This document shows, in pieces, positions 1 through 13,329 of a stretch of 55,459 bases of DNA. The stretch covers positions 1 to 55,459 of the forward strand of contig CAXHJY010001111.1 in NCBI GenBank assembly GCA_964016885.1, read 5' to 3'. The number at the start of each line of letters is the position of its first letter. The first letter of the stretch is position 1. The stretch is from Eledone cirrhosa. Its lineage: Eukaryota. The notes beneath the pieces were generated by a model. The model did no database searches. It was not told where the DNA came from and worked only from the letters and a program-made list of their open reading frames with translations. Made by a program: the position numbers and the translations under genes.

Positions 1-134
1 TATATCATATATAATATATATATAATATATATATTATATATATATATAATATATATATATATATATAATATATATATTATATATATATATATAATATACA
101 TATATATATAATATATATATATATAATATAATAT
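1..134. repeat. (TA)n-rich microsatellite
   Basis: Almost pure A/T dinucleotide run. Confidence 0.95.
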
Positions 135-748
135 ATCATCATCATCAATGTTTAACGTCCGTGTTCCACGCTTGCATGGGTTTGGATGGGGGTATTCCCA
201 CTTGAGGCAAGAGTGATTGTCTTGCTCGCATAGGACTGTCTGGCAGGTTTTCTACAGTTGGATGCCCTTCCTAACACCAACCACATTTACAGTGTGGGTC
301 TGGGAGGTTTTTACCGTGTTGCCTACACGGCCACATTACAGCGTGGACTGTGTGTTTTTTTTGTCGTGACACCTACACGATCTCATTTGTTTCGGCCTGG
401 ATGGTGTGGCACCAACATAACTTTACATAGGAGGGGGGTGGTGTGGATGGGATGGCGGTGGTGGGACGGGTGGTGTATTTTGTTAGAGATGCCTACTGGC
501 TGTAGTAGGTTTTACTATGTATTTAGGTAAGGTGGGTCTTCTCTATTACTGAGTACCGCCAAAGGTCTCGGTCCAGTGACATTGTCTTGGAGAGGTGTAA
601 GTGTGTGAAGTCGGAGTTTATCAGCTCGTCCCAGGTTTTTCTAGGTCTGCCTATTCCGTGGCTACCGTCTATCTTTATTGCCCTGCACTTTGTTATACAG
701 CTATCGACTTTCATGCGCATCACGTGTCCATACCAACGTAGCCTTCTA
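135..748 (-). mobile_element. 5'-truncated RTE-clade LINE 3' end (ORF C-terminus, 3'UTR, (GAT)n tail)
   Basis: Minus strand reads RRLRWYGHVMR...GRPRKTWDELINSD...DRDLWR, a typical RTE C-terminus. It ends in ggacgttaaacattgatgatgatga. Related copies lie at 47440-47928 and 48122-48475. Confidence 0.85.
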
Positions 749-1712
749 TAATATATATATATATAATATATATATATATATAATATATATATATATGTAT
801 ATAATATATAATATATATAATATATATAAATATAAAATATATAATATATATATATATAAATATAAAATATATAATATATATATATATAAATATAATATAT
901 ATAATATATATATATATAAATATAATATATATGATATATATATATATATAAATATAATATATATGATATATATATATATATAAATATAATATATATGATA
1001 TATATATATATATATAAATATAATATATATAATATATATATATATAAATATAATATATATAATATATATATATAATATATAATATATATAATATATATAT
1101 ATATAAATATAATATATATAATATATATATATATATAAATATAATATATATAATATATATATATATAAATATAATATATATAATATAATAATATATATAA
1201 ATATAATATATATAATATAATAATATATATAAATATAATATATATAATATATATATATATAAATATAATATATATAATATATATATAAATATAATATATA
1301 TAATATATATATAAATATAATATATATAATATATATATAAATATAATATATATAATATATAATATATATAAATATAATATATATAATATATATATATATA
1401 AATATAATATATATAATATATATATATATAAATATAATATATATAATATATATATATATAAATATAATATATATAATATATATATATATAAATATAATAT
1501 ATATAATATATATATATATAAATATAATATATATAATATATATATATATAAATATAATATATATAATATATATATATATAAATATAATATATATAATATA
1601 TATATATATAAATATAATATATATAATATATATATATATATATATAAATATAATATATATAATATATATATATATAAATATAATATATATAATATATATA
1701 TATATAAATATA

Positions 1713-1744
<32 letters not shown>

Positions 1745-1814
1745 AATATAATATATATAATATATATATATATAAATATAATATATATAATATATATATA
1801 TATATATAAATATA

Positions 1815-1848
<34 letters not shown>

Positions 1849-2087
1849 AATATAATATATAACATATATATATATATATAAATATAATATATATAATATA
1901 TATATATATATAAATATAATATATATAATATATATATATATATAAATATAATATATATAATATATATATATATATATAAATATAATATATATAATATATA
2001 TATATATAAATATAATATATATATATATAAATATAATATATATAATATATATATAAATATAATATATATAATATATATATATATATA
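749..2087. repeat. AT-only minisatellite with ~30-bp unit
   Basis: Unit atataatatatatatatataaatataatat repeats with exact 30-bp period at about 1381-1620. Confidence 0.9.
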
Positions 2088-2383
2088 GTATTAGTTATAC
2101 TATTTATGGTTATGTAAGCACAAAACCTTAAGCAGTTGTAAGTATTTTACACACACCCTAAATAGTGGTAGGCAGTAATGTATTACTACCTTATTACCAG
2201 TAAGTTAAGTAGCTCAATGTAAAAACATCAGATGATTTACAGAGCAGTTATATGAAATATAAGAATCAAATTTTGTAATGAATGTTGACCCACAATGTTT
2301 GAATATGTATCAATGTTTGAATATGTATTGGTATGTCTCTCGGCTGAAAAGGAGGTCATATAACTGTCCATGCATTAATAAAT

Positions 2384-2430
2384 TGCTCCGAAGAATCCAA
2401 ACCTCGGTTTGGAGGAAACAGCTGTAAGCA
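2384..2430 (+). ncRNA. Minimal hammerhead-ribozyme-like motif (variant core), copy 1
   Basis: tgct-CCGAAGA-a-tccaaac(ctcg)gtttgga-g-GAAA-c-agct-GTA-agca: stem I tgct/agca, 7-bp stem II, palindromic stem III ACAGCTGT, GUA cleavage triplet. Confidence 0.65.
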
Positions 2431-2654
2431 CAATAATGTTTTGAACAGTTCTTTGATTCTTATATTTCATATATATATATATAAATATTATATATATAAT
2501 ATATATATATATATATAAATATTATATATATATATATTATATATATAATATTTATATATATATATATATTATATATATTATATATATAATATATATATAT
2601 ATATAATATATATATAAAATATATATATAAAATATATATGTAATATATATATAT

Positions 2655-2839
2655 AATTGTTTCTACTTTAGGCACAAGGCCAGCAATTAGCCAGTGCATT
2701 ACTGGTACTTTATTTTATCGACCCCGTAAGGATGAAAGGCAAAGTCAACCTCGGCGGGATTTGAACTCAGATCGTAAAGGGACGTAACTATGCTTCAAAG
2801 CATGGCGTCCGACCCTCTACCGATACTGCCAATCCACCG
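2655..2839 (-). mobile_element. tRNA-derived SINE, family A
   Basis: A box tggcagtatcgg, B box gagttcaaatc and core gcctttcatccttacggggtcgataaaataaagtaccag (resembles the MetaSINE core, from memory). About ten copies or fragments in the window. Confidence 0.85.
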
Positions 2840-2909
<70 letters not shown>

Positions 2910-2942
2910 TACATGAATCAAAGTTCAGTTTAAATCATTTAT

Positions 2943-2991
2943 TTGCTTACAATTGTTTCCTCCAAACCGAGGTTTGGATTCTTCGGAGTAA
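2943..2991 (-). ncRNA. Minimal hammerhead-ribozyme-like motif (variant core), copy 2
   Basis: Minus strand: tact-CCGAAGA-a-tccaaac(ctcg)gtttgga-g-GAAA-c-aatt-GTA-agca; palindromic stem III ACAATTGT. Confidence 0.6.
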
Positions 2992-3724
2992 CTATTTAGT
3001 GATTTTTTACATACTTGACCTCCTTTTCAACACAAGAGACATATAAAAACATATGTATATATTGACCCACAGTGGGTTGACATCCATCATAATAATATAG
3101 CATGGCAACTTACATATAAAGGTTAGTCATATTAAAGGACAAAATTAAAGTTAAAATTAAAATAAAAATAAAAATAAAACATCGGCAGTTTATGAAGATA
3201 AAGCAAGAGGAAAGTTTAGAGTCGTCAGTGTATGAAACAGTCTCACGTGCGGCATGCACGCGTGTCTTATTTATACAGCATTATAGTGCGGCAGATTGTT
3301 ACATGTAAAACAAGCAGTTAAAGCAGGCAATCAATAGCATCATGGGGGCTGTATTGTTAAAGCATTTTTCACACACACCTGTACGATATATAAGCCCGTT
3401 TGTAGAGAAATATCAAAAATATTACAAATGAGAAGCAAAACAGCACCACTGTCCTCGCACCCACCACCACTCACACAATCCAGGAAACGCAATTTATAGA
3501 CTACATGTCCATCACACAATGCACGATGATTCAACATTGGGTGCCTGGTGAACCATGTTATAAATTATAGCTTGTCGTTCCTTAATTCGATTCATAGATC
3601 AGGTTGCTACAAACAACCTGACCTCAATTAAAGTTTTGTTTTTACTGTTTATGTATGTGCAATGTTCTTGTTGTGTTGCAGTGGTTTTTGTCTGCTGTTC
3701 TTGTGGGAGCTTTCGTTTTGTTGT

Positions 3725-5012
3725 AGGTGTTTCAGATAGTTAGGTTATTAGCGTCACAGAATTCCAGGATTCTGAAGCCTTCCTCATTTCTAGTACCAAA
3801 TCTATAACCTCCATGGATTCCGTCATAGACGTCACAATGTTGTCCAACATGACCATTTAGGTCACCAGCAATAATTATGTAGTCACTGTTGGTTATTTGG
3901 GAGGTAGTGAGCATTAGCGACTCATAGAATCCGTCTTTTATAACGCCAGGCAGTCCAGATTGGGGTGCATACGCAGATATTTTTGTCACAGTAGTTCTAT
4001 TTAGGACAAGTCTTATTTTAATAATTCTGTTGTTCACTCTATTTACGTCTATTACCTAATCTACCCATTTTTCTGCTAACATAATTCCTACTCCACCCAG
4101 CCCTTTGTCATTTCCCATCCAGAAAAGCTTATAGCATCGTTTTTTACACACAATGAATCTAGCAGACCCACCCCTCCACCTGGTCTCTCGAACACAGCAA
4201 ATATCAACTTCTTTATTGACAAGCATCTCTACATCCTCATTAGAGCGACCTTTTAAAGTGTCTACATTCATGGTACCAACCCTGAAGTTTTTGGATTTCG
4301 TTTGGTGGGTGGAAGGGATGGGTTGGAGGCGCAGGGAGGGATGAGGGAGATGGGGTTATGTTAGCCATCCACGGCCAAAATAAAGAGGAGTCCTTGCATT
4401 CTCGTCCGGCAACATGAGGTGAATTTATCTTTATCTTTGACATTGTCATTGAGTGTCCAGATCCTTCAGACTCTCCAGAATTCTATAGTCCATCTACCAT
4501 ATCGAAAAGCAACCAGGTTTAAACTTAAGGAGTGATAGCCGAGGCGGTGGTTTTGTGAAAGAGATTGGTAAGGGAAACATATTATAAGCCGCTGAATTAT
4601 GATTGGGCCAAATAATAATGGTGGCAAGTGGGAGGGATATGGGGGAGTTAATTAGAAGGTTATTTTACAATATAATCCTAGAAATTCGGCCATAATTAAA
4701 CGAACATATAACAGTAATCAGAGTTTAAATACAAGAAGAAGATTGTTTTCGAAGGTCTGACAGAATTATGGGAGTTTAAAATACAAGAAGATTGTTTTGA
4801 AGATTGTTCGGCCAAGATAAGGGATCGACAAATTCTGAGATCTCACAATAGGTACATTTTATAATTGCGGAGAGAGAGAGAAAGAGAGAGGGAGGGAGGG
4901 GGGGGAGAGAACCTGCAAGGAGGACAGAGAAGGGAACCATACTCTACTACTCCAAGTATCGAGTACTCTATTAAGTAATGGTCTAACTAGTTTCAAACTG
5001 AATCCATCCTGA
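3725..5012 (-). mobile_element. RTE-clade LINE 5' part: probable 5'UTR and apurinic-like endonuclease pseudogene
   Basis: ORFs 4056-4271 and 3732-4037 are in frame across a stop: TMNVDTL..DICCVRETRW..GVGIML..SAYAPQ..IIAGDLNGHVG..RNEEGFRILEFC (EEP endonuclease motifs). No RT follows. The 5' boundary at (TA)n is inferred. Confidence 0.8.
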
Positions 5013-5044
5013 TTTATATATATATATATATATATGCACAATAG

Positions 5045-5200
5045 GCTTATGCAGTTTCCATCTCTAAAATTTCCCTCATAAGGCATTGGTCAAATAAAGT
5101 ATCTTGCCCCAGGATGCAGTGTGCTGCTTAGTCCAAGAATCAAACTCACAACTTTACAGTCCTGCGTTCAACACCTTCACCACCAAGATACACATCTCCA
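5045..5200 (-). mobile_element. Degenerate SINE fragment
   Basis: agtttccatct...aaggcattggt...cttgccccagg...gaatcaaactcacaac; a similar piece lies at 6035-6105. Confidence 0.45.
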
Positions 5201-5573
5201 TGCCAGTTATGATGAAAGGTTATATCTGATAGAAAAACTGGACATACAATATCAACATGAACCTGTAACATGTAATTATAAATGGTGCAAGTACAGAATA
5301 GCAAAGAGAAATATGATATAATCTTGTTGACTGCTTGATGTCAGAGGCTCTTTATGGATGTTGTGGGTAGCTGGAGAGGCAGGGAAGTGGGGTGGCATCA
5401 TAAGGAAGAGATTCTGCTTCAGTAGATGTGAAACTAGTATGTTATGATTGATTATAGTTAATTATCTTATATTATTTTGTTTATTCTACTTGGAAATATG
5501 ATGCATCAAAGCAAATTACCATAATTACACATGCACAGTATTCTAGTTTGCATCACCTTAGGAAAAACATATA

Positions 5574-5822
5574 CCGTATATACTTCAATATGAACTGATT
5601 TGGATATAAGTTGACCCAACCCACTACATTATACTTTAGAAATGGGCAAAAATCCAAAGTACATTTATAAGCTGAGTCAACTAATTAACGCATTATGTTT
5701 AGATGGCAAATATAAGCTCCCACCCCGCCCCATTTTACCATTGATTTTTTTCTTTTTTCAGTCACATATTCCTCCTTCATGTGGGTTAACATATTCCTTT
5801 GCTTATATTCATGTATATATGG
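5574..5822. mobile_element. Tc1/mariner/pogo-type MITE
   Basis: TA-ccgtatatacttcaatatgaac ... gcttatattcatgtatatatgg-TA: imperfect TIRs with TA flanks. The same terminus recurs at 13945. Confidence 0.65.
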
Positions 5823-6934
5823 TAATATAAATGTGGACTTCTTCCGATTCCAACGTTGAGTGTTCCAATTCTTTGATCAATGGAACAGCCTACTCATGAA
5901 ATTAACATGCAAGTGGCTGAGCATTCTACAAACACATGTACCCTTATCATAATTCTCAGGAAGATTCAGCATGACACAGAACATAACAAAGCTGGCCCTT
6001 TGAATTCTAAGTACGATCCATTTGACAAGTTTCTAAACAGTTTCCATCTACCCAATTTCATTTACAAGGCTTGGTTTCACCTGAGGCTATGATAAAGAAG
6101 ACTTTTTTTCTTTTATTAGAAACTCCCAAATAAGGCATGAAGCCACTTAGTGTAAGGAACTATGAAGAAGGAGAAATTAAGACGAAAGGAATGAACTTAT
6201 TTTAAACTTGACAGAGTTCAGGTCATAAGAAGGAGGAGGAGAACAATGAGATGGAAGAGAGTTTCAAAGTCTGGCAGTTTGAGGAAAAAAACTACGATCA
6301 TTGAAAGACTTCCTTATTTGTGGAATCACAATACACATATGGGTGAAGATTCTGTAAGTTTCGAGTTAGGTAAGATGGCACAAAGTGATCTGGAACCAAA
6401 GGAGAAAGTTCATCATAACATTTGCCTAAGATGTCATGCACTGGGATCAAACCTGGGACCTTATGATTATGAAGTGAACTTCTGACATTTATACATTATT
6501 CTATGTACTATACATGCACCTTTGATGAGTTGCAGTGCACCTCAGCACTGTACACAATAATTTCATTATCGTTATTATTTAACCATAAGGTACAACAGCA
6601 ACTGCAACAACAACAATGAAAGAAAAAAGCACTTACCACTAGACAGAGCCAACAAGTGTGTTTTACATGTTCATGACCAACTAAAAAATAGCAAGATATA
6701 ACTACACTTGCTTGTATCACCTCATTTCCTTAGGGGAAAATATGTAATAAAGAACTACAACAACAACAACAAAAACCTCATAATAGAGCACTACTACCCA
6801 TAAATTTGATAAAAAATTATGTATTGAAAATTAAATTTTAATAATTAAAACATTTATTGTATAATTAAGAGACAATTTTACAGGCAGCTACTAATTTGTT
6901 TTCTTTGACCTCTTCCTCCCTCCCTACTCTTACC

Positions 6935-7206
6935 TTCCAATTGATTGAATTGATCAGCAAGATTCCAGATCTCATTCACTTATTGAGAGTGGGGAGGGGG
7001 GGGGGGGACTCGCCAAATCGGATCAAGGAAACAATGTTTTCATTGGTCTTTCTATTGCTGATGCTATCTACCAGTTGCAACTTCTAGCAGAACGAGCAAC
7101 ATGAAACAAAGTGTCTTGCTCAAGGACATACTGCATTACCCAGTCCAGGAATCAAACCCACCTCATGCTTGTGAATCTAATTCTTTAACCACTAAGCCAT
7201 GCACCA
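6935..7206 (-). mobile_element. tRNA-derived SINE, family B
   Basis: Minus strand has A box tggcttagtgg and core ccttgagcaagacactttgtttcatgttgctc. Homologous to 10330-10597; head also matches 46362. Confidence 0.7.
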
Positions 7207-7610
7207 CCTTCCAATGACCTCCCATCTACCACCCATTTCCTTCCAGTTCCCCAAAGGTGAATGTAAAGCCTACTTTGGTAACCAGTCTCGTAGATGCAGA
7301 AAATACAATCTATATCAAGTTTGTGACAGGCCATACACATCCATCAGGTTCACAAGCAACTTCAGCCAGTGTTGTTGAAACTGTTTACAAGTGCAATCTT
7401 CATGGCATACTTCCAGTCACCACAGTTACCTAGGCAACTATTCCTGCCACCAGGTCTTCTACAGAGCCCTCCTTCAGCATTCTCAGATAAATGAAAATCA
7501 TACTTTCAGTCTTAACAGCTACCTAGTCAACTATTCCTACCACATGCCATAAGGTGTTCTACAGAGCACTCTATCATTCTCAGTTGCATGAAGAGAAATC
7601 GGAGGATTAA

Positions 7611-7733
7611 CTCTTTTGTTACTATATTCCTAATTTAGAACACTGATTATTTTTAAATTGATTGAAAATCACAGACAATGAACAGTTTAGTTCCACAGAA
7701 CAAGTACCAGTTTCAAGTTTGGTATCAAAAGGG
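7611..7733. mobile_element. piggyBac-type MITE (short family)
   Basis: TTAA-ctcttttgttac ... ggtatcaaaaggg-TTAA. Partial relatives at 7961-8022 and 42218-42290. Confidence 0.6.
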
Positions 7734-7747
7734 TTAAAATATATTAA

Positions 7748-7956
7748 ACCTTTAGCATTTACATTACTCTATATATACTATTGTATTTTTGTGGTAAAGG
7801 CTTTTATCTCACATAATATTGAATCTTCATGATTTTGATGTTATTTATTTTGAAAACATTACCTTAACATCGGTATGAGTGGCCAGTTACAGCTGGTTTG
7901 GACAGAAAGAAGTGAGAGAATTCTGGCCAGATATGGCCGGTTTAAATGCTAAAAGG
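7748..7956. mobile_element. piggyBac-type MITE (~210 bp)
   Basis: TTAA-acctttagcattta ... taaatgctaaaagg-TTAA; a reverse-orientation copy lies at 41924-42135. Confidence 0.75.
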
Positions 7957-8331
7957 TTAAAATGTACAGTTTCATTTCACAGAAAAAGAACCAATTTCAG
8001 GTAACGTGGTGTCAAAAGGGTCAAAATATATGAGACATCATGAAAACAGGGTAGTAATACTAAATACTGAGCATAAGTATGCCAACATTGTCTGTCGGCA
8101 AAATATGTTGAACAGATAATTGATATTTCTGCTGCTAAGAAAGGCAGAAAATAATATTTCTTTTAAATTGTATACTGTATTATTTGTACTAATGGTGTAT
8201 CATCGATTGATAAAAAGATTTTAATGAAAATTACTATTTGTGATTTTATTTGTGGAATGTTTCAGCTAAACCAATTCCTCTGCTGCTTCTTAACCAAAGA
8301 ATCCTGTTGCCCATGTGTGACAATGTATCAT

Positions 8332-8692
8332 TTGGCAGTATCGGTAGAGAGTTGGATGCCATGCTTTCCAGCATAGTTACGCCCCTTTACGGTCTGAGTT
8401 CAAATCCCGTCGAGGTTAACTTTGCCTTTCATCCTTACGGGGTCGATAAAATAAAGTACCAGTAATGCACTGGGTGATTGCTGGCCTTGTGCCAAAAGTA
8501 ATAAAAAAAAAAAATTATTATCATCATTGGCAGTATCGGTAGAGCATCGAACACCATGCTTCGCAGCATAGAGTTATGGCCTTTCATACTTACAGGCTCG
8601 ATAAAGTAAGTACAAATGATGCACTGGGGTTGATTCAATCGACTTTCCCCTCCACTAATATTGTTGGCCTTGTGCCTAAATCAGAAACCATT
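8332..8692 (+). mobile_element. Two tandem SINE family A copies (second internally deleted)
   Basis: ttggcagtatcggtagag heads at about 8332 and 8527, with shared core and ggccttgtgcc tail. Confidence 0.8.
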
Positions 8693-9109
8693 ATCATCAT
8701 CATTGTTTTATGTTTGCTTTTCCATGCTTACATTGTTTAGATGGGACTTTTCCAGTACAGTTTTCCTCTACCTTTTGCATTAATTCATCATCTTTAGTAT
8801 GATGTTCAGCAATTAGAGATCAGATATCATCACTTTAGACCAGGTTCTCTTCATTATTCCTCTACTACAATTTCCTTCCATTGGGATCTTCTGGCATTTC
8901 TTCACCCAACAATTATCACAATTATACACATTATATATCTATATCAGTGCAATCTTCACTCTAGCACACTACATCTGATTCCTTAAATGTGTGTATGTAT
9001 AAGGACTTGTGTCTGATACATTGAAACCCTCATTTACTTCTTCCTAAGCATGAACCTAATAAGACTGTTTTTACATCTTTGGTTTAACTTGTTTATTCTT
9101 GAATTATAT

Positions 9110-9275
9110 AACATTCATTTTACACATTAGCATGAGTTAGATAGGTTGTCCTGTTGTGAGACAAGTCAGATCAGATGACCCTGTTTTACTCATACAGAAC
9201 GGTTTCTGGCTTGGTTTACAGCTGGATGCCCTTCTTAATGCCAACCCCTTTTACAGTGTGAACTGGGTGCCTTTC
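9110..9275 (-). mobile_element. RTE-tail SINE/LINE 3' fragment
   Basis: cagctggatgcccttcttaatgccaac motif shared with the RTE 3'UTR; similar to 40030-40185. Confidence 0.6.
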
Positions 9276-10329
9276 ATCAAGAGAAGTTGGAATTGTTGTT
9301 GTTGTATAAGAAAGATAGAAAAGAGGAGATGCTATATGTTAGTGTGTGCAACAGTTTTCCTTGTATTGGAGAATTTAGATATATAAATTGGATAAGTGAT
9401 TCTCAATGTGGGTCTGAGAAATCTTTTAAATGGGCTTGGAGTTGACTCAAGGAAAATAGGTAGGCTTTGAAATTCTGTTTTTTTTTTTTCCACTGGTGTA
9501 AAATTACAAAAACAAGCTATGTTATTTATTTTAAAAGGCAAATAATTCAGAAATTACTTTAAAATTTTTTCCATGTTTTCTTATAATAAATCATATTTTC
9601 AAATTGATTTGTAACATGTTTTTTGTTGTTGTTGTTCTGTTTTATTGTGTGTTGTTACAAAGAACAGTGTAGTCATTAATCACGATTTATATTTTCTACT
9701 ACATTTTGCTTAAATTTTGTAAATAAAATGTATTTCCTTGTTACAGAATTTCTATTTGTGCTTATGCAGGCCTGAAATTGTTTTGACACCAAAAATGGGA
9801 GCCATAAGGAAGAAAAGGTCGAGAAAGACTGAATTAGATAACGTTCTTTGGCATTATGTATACTGGTTTTATCACGTTTTTCTGCCAAGAGTTGCAGCCT
9901 ATAGATATTATCAACAATGGAAAGACCAATGGAAACATTGTTTCATTGGTCTGATCTTGCAATCAGCTCCTTTCTGTTTTTGTTTCTTTATTATATTTGG
10001 CAGAGATAAAAGGAATATTGTTCATTTCATATGTTAAACAATTTTTTTGAAAACTTTAGTTTTCATATTTCTAATGAAATATACTGCCTATGATTTTATA
10101 TCATTTGGATGGATTTAGTTATATAACTTACTTTCTTATTCAACTGGAACATAACATAACAAAGGTTCTTACATAAAATTATGATGGAAATTTTTTAAAT
10201 AAATATAAACACTTAAAAACAAACAATTTTGTATTGTAGAATTAGAGGTGGTTAAAATATAACCAGATTAATATTAAGTGTACCTAATATACCACCATCA
10301 CCACTATCTTCACCTTTTAAATAAATAGC

Positions 10330-10597
10330 TTTTGTCAATCGATTTCATTGACCGACAAGATCCCAAACCTCATTCACTTATAGAGTGGGGCAAACTCCTC
10401 AAATCGGATCAAGGAAACAATGTTTCCATTGGTCTTTCCATTGCTGTTACTATCTACTGGTCAAATTTGCCTAGCAGAAAGAGCAATATGAAATAAAGTG
10501 TCTTGTTCAAGAACATAATGCATCACCAGATCTGGGAATTGAACTTGCAACCACACGATTGTGAATCCAATTCTATAACCACTAAGACACGTGTCTT
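10330..10597 (-). mobile_element. tRNA-derived SINE, family B
   Basis: Aligns by eye with 6935-7206 (aatcggatcaaggaaacaatg, aaagtgtcttg, aaccactaag). Confidence 0.7.
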
Positions 10598-11211
10598 CCT
10601 GCAGCCTAATAATAGCATTTCACTTGTTTTATGACCTTTTCATTGCAATTTTAGGTGCTGTTTTGTTTTTATGGTTGCATAAATTGAAAACACACAAAAA
10701 TCAATACCCTCCTTGGTTATTTTAGAAGTTTATAAGGTCAGTTGTTTCTTACTTTTAACTATTTACCATCTATAATAATTTATAATATTTATAGTATCTT
10801 TTGTTAATAAAAAAAAGTACCAGTTTAGTACTGGAGTCAATTCTTTCTCACTTCCTTTCTCTTACTCTATCTATCCTTCACTGGAAGAAATCTGCTGTAC
10901 TCAGGCATGGAGAAGAGATGGGATCTGCCAGGTTTAAGATGCCCAAGAAACAGCGTAAAGACTACTTTTTATTGTGATGCACTCATAGTGTTGTTTTGTA
11001 CTTTTCAAGAATATTTTGCTAATTGAGTTTCATGCAGTACAAGTTATTAAGAGTTTATTTTCCAGGTATTTCATGGACTGTGTTATTTTAATTTTAATTT
11101 TAATTTATTTTATTGGGGGGGGGGGGGTCTGATACTCAGTGTTATTTATATTTAAAAGTTCTTTTTTTTAAAATTATTTGTGCAGAATTTATTATGCATT
11201 AACAGCTAAGG

Positions 11212-11745
11212 CTTCTTCTTCGCCAACATACTCCTGAGAGGGTTGTGGGGGCAGAGTCCTCAAACACTCCTTCCAGCAGGTGCTGTCAGAAGCAACCATC
11301 TCCAATTGATCCAGCTGGATCCTCAAGCAAGTCCAGCCGAGCTCATGGATGTTATCCAACCATCTTGTTCAGTGTCTGCCCCGAGGTCTGCTGCCGGTTG
11401 GTTTGCTCATAAAATCTGTGCAGCGATTCTTTCCCCAAGACATTCTAACCAGATGCCCTTAGTATCAGAGCTGTGATCTCTCAATTTGGAGAAGTAGTGG
11501 CTCTACCTGGAGTGACTGATCTTCAAGCTACATACTCTATCAAGTAACATTACTCCTAAGACCCTTGAGAGGAACCTCATTTCAGCTGCTTGTATTTACA
11601 ATCATATTCTTTTGGTCATTACCCAAGATTTATGACCATAGGGAAGAGTTGGCAAGAATACCATATTCAAGATAGCGAATTTGGCTTTTACACCTACCTC
11701 TCCTGATTACCGAATGTTGAAGCTGGTGCATTACTGCACTTAATT
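11212..11745 (-). mobile_element. RTE (Expander/Rex3-like) LINE 3' fragment, decayed
   Basis: Minus strand gives YGHKSWVMT..IQAAEMRFL..VEPLLLQIERSQL..GHLVRM..RPRGR..RW, with a (GAA)n tail. Second copy at 38385-38812. Confidence 0.8.
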
Positions 11746-12059
11746 CAGCCAAGATTTAACATTATAAATTAACAAGTGCCCCAGTATGACAACAATGTGA
11801 ACAGATATAGGTCAAAGAGTAAAAGTAAGATTTAATTATATATGATACAAGACCATCAGTATCATTAACATTTAGCACCTGTTTCCCCTTCATCAGTATG
11901 ATTCAGTCTTGGCTATATACAGGGTGTTCCAAAAAAACACATAAATATTGCCTGTACAGGTAATCAAAGTATGTATTAGAATGCACAGCCTTTCCCCAAA
12001 ATAAAATGATCTACAGACATTATTCAATTGTATGTAAACACCCAAAAATGTTTCCAAAA

Positions 12060-12434
12060 TCTATATATTAATACGCTAATACCTACGTACCGCACAACCG
12101 TGTGTGTCACGCTTTCAGTAAAACAATGGAAGTGGGGTGGTAAACAATCTACGACAATCTACGGCCAAAGAAAATCAAAGAGCATTACAACATTTGGAAA
12201 CGAGAGAGAGAGGGAGGGGGTTATCATATAGAGAAAGGAGGGTTAAAATATATATATAGAGAGAGGGGTGTTATAATATATAGAGAGGGTGGTTTTAATA
12301 GGGAAAGGGATGGGTTTATATATATAGAGAGGGTGGTTTTAATAGGGAAAGGGATGGGTTTATATATATAGAGAGAGGGGCTTATAATATAGAGAGAAGG
12401 GATTATCTGTGAATTTTTTCATGGGTCCAGCTAG
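12060..12434 (+). mobile_element. Non-autonomous Helitron
   Basis: A|TCTATATATTAATA 5' end, subterminal hairpin ctgtgaa-tttt-ttcatgg, CTAG|T 3' end, internal GA-rich tandem repeats. Confidence 0.65.
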
Positions 12435-12441
12435 TTTAAAT

Positions 12442-12819
12442 AATTGTTTCTACTTTTGGCACAAGGCCAGCAATTATCCCAGTGTATTACTGGTACTTTA
12501 TTTTATCAACCCTGTAAGGCAAAGTTAACCTCGGTGGGATTTGAACTTAGACCATAAATGGCCGTAACTCTTTGCTGCAAAGCATGGCATCCGACCCTCT
12601 ACCAATACTGCCAATTCACCGCCCTTTAAATAATTGTTTCTACTTTAGGCACAAGGCAAGCAATCACCCAGCGTATTACTGGTACTTTATTTTATTGACC
12701 CCGTAAGGATGAAAGGCAAAGTCAACCTCGGCGGGATTTGAACTCAGATCGTAAAGGGACGTAACTATGCTGGAAAGCATGGTGTCCGACCCTCTACTGA
12801 TACTGCCAATCCACCGCCC
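12442..12819 (-). mobile_element. Head-to-tail dimer of SINE family A
   Basis: Copies at 12442-12624 and 12632-12819; tttaaataat occurs at all three junctions (12435, 12625, 12820). Confidence 0.85.
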
Positions 12820-13297
12820 TTTAAATAATGCATATAAAACAGAATTTATTTTAATGCATTTTTGGGGGTCATCTTTTATATATCTCACATTGCATGAAAA
12901 TACTAGTCATCAGTCCAAGGAAGAATTTTTGAAAAAGTTCTCCACATGGTGTTAAAATAACATTTAATGGAAATCAAGGTCTTAGAATGTTTATTACCAA
13001 AATTGATCATTTGTGAGTCATACTAATTACTGAGATTGAAGGTTTGTATTCTTTTTGGCTTCTAGAAACAGATCTATAAATGGAATTGTAAACCACTATA
13101 CCATCTTGAAGTATCTATTTTTATTTACATATTTTTTCTGTATATATGTAGAAAATAATAGCTGCTTCTCAATTGATATAGCTTGTTATATATCATTTAA
13201 ACTTATATTATGCTCTGAACTACAGTTTCATGGAGCTTTGTACTGAGAAACATTGATATATATTTTATATGTATTGATTGAACCTAAAATAAGCATA

Positions 13298-13329
<32 letters not shown>

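Noticed and set aside
678-2699. I/Y-rich ORFs (also 45974-47550, 47881-48192, 48879-50171, 52109-54728)
   Set aside because: Translations of (TA)n, (TATG)n and (CA)n microsatellites.
3200-3720. PLE GIY-YIG remnant upstream of hammerhead copy 2
   Set aside because: Only a weak CSNLIY-like hint on the minus strand; a tBLASTn or HMM search would be needed to support it.
135-5012. One intact RTE LINE spanning both fragments
   Set aside because: The two pieces share orientation, but no RT domain lies between 748 and 3725, and the 3' piece looks like an independent 5'-truncated insertion at (TA)n.
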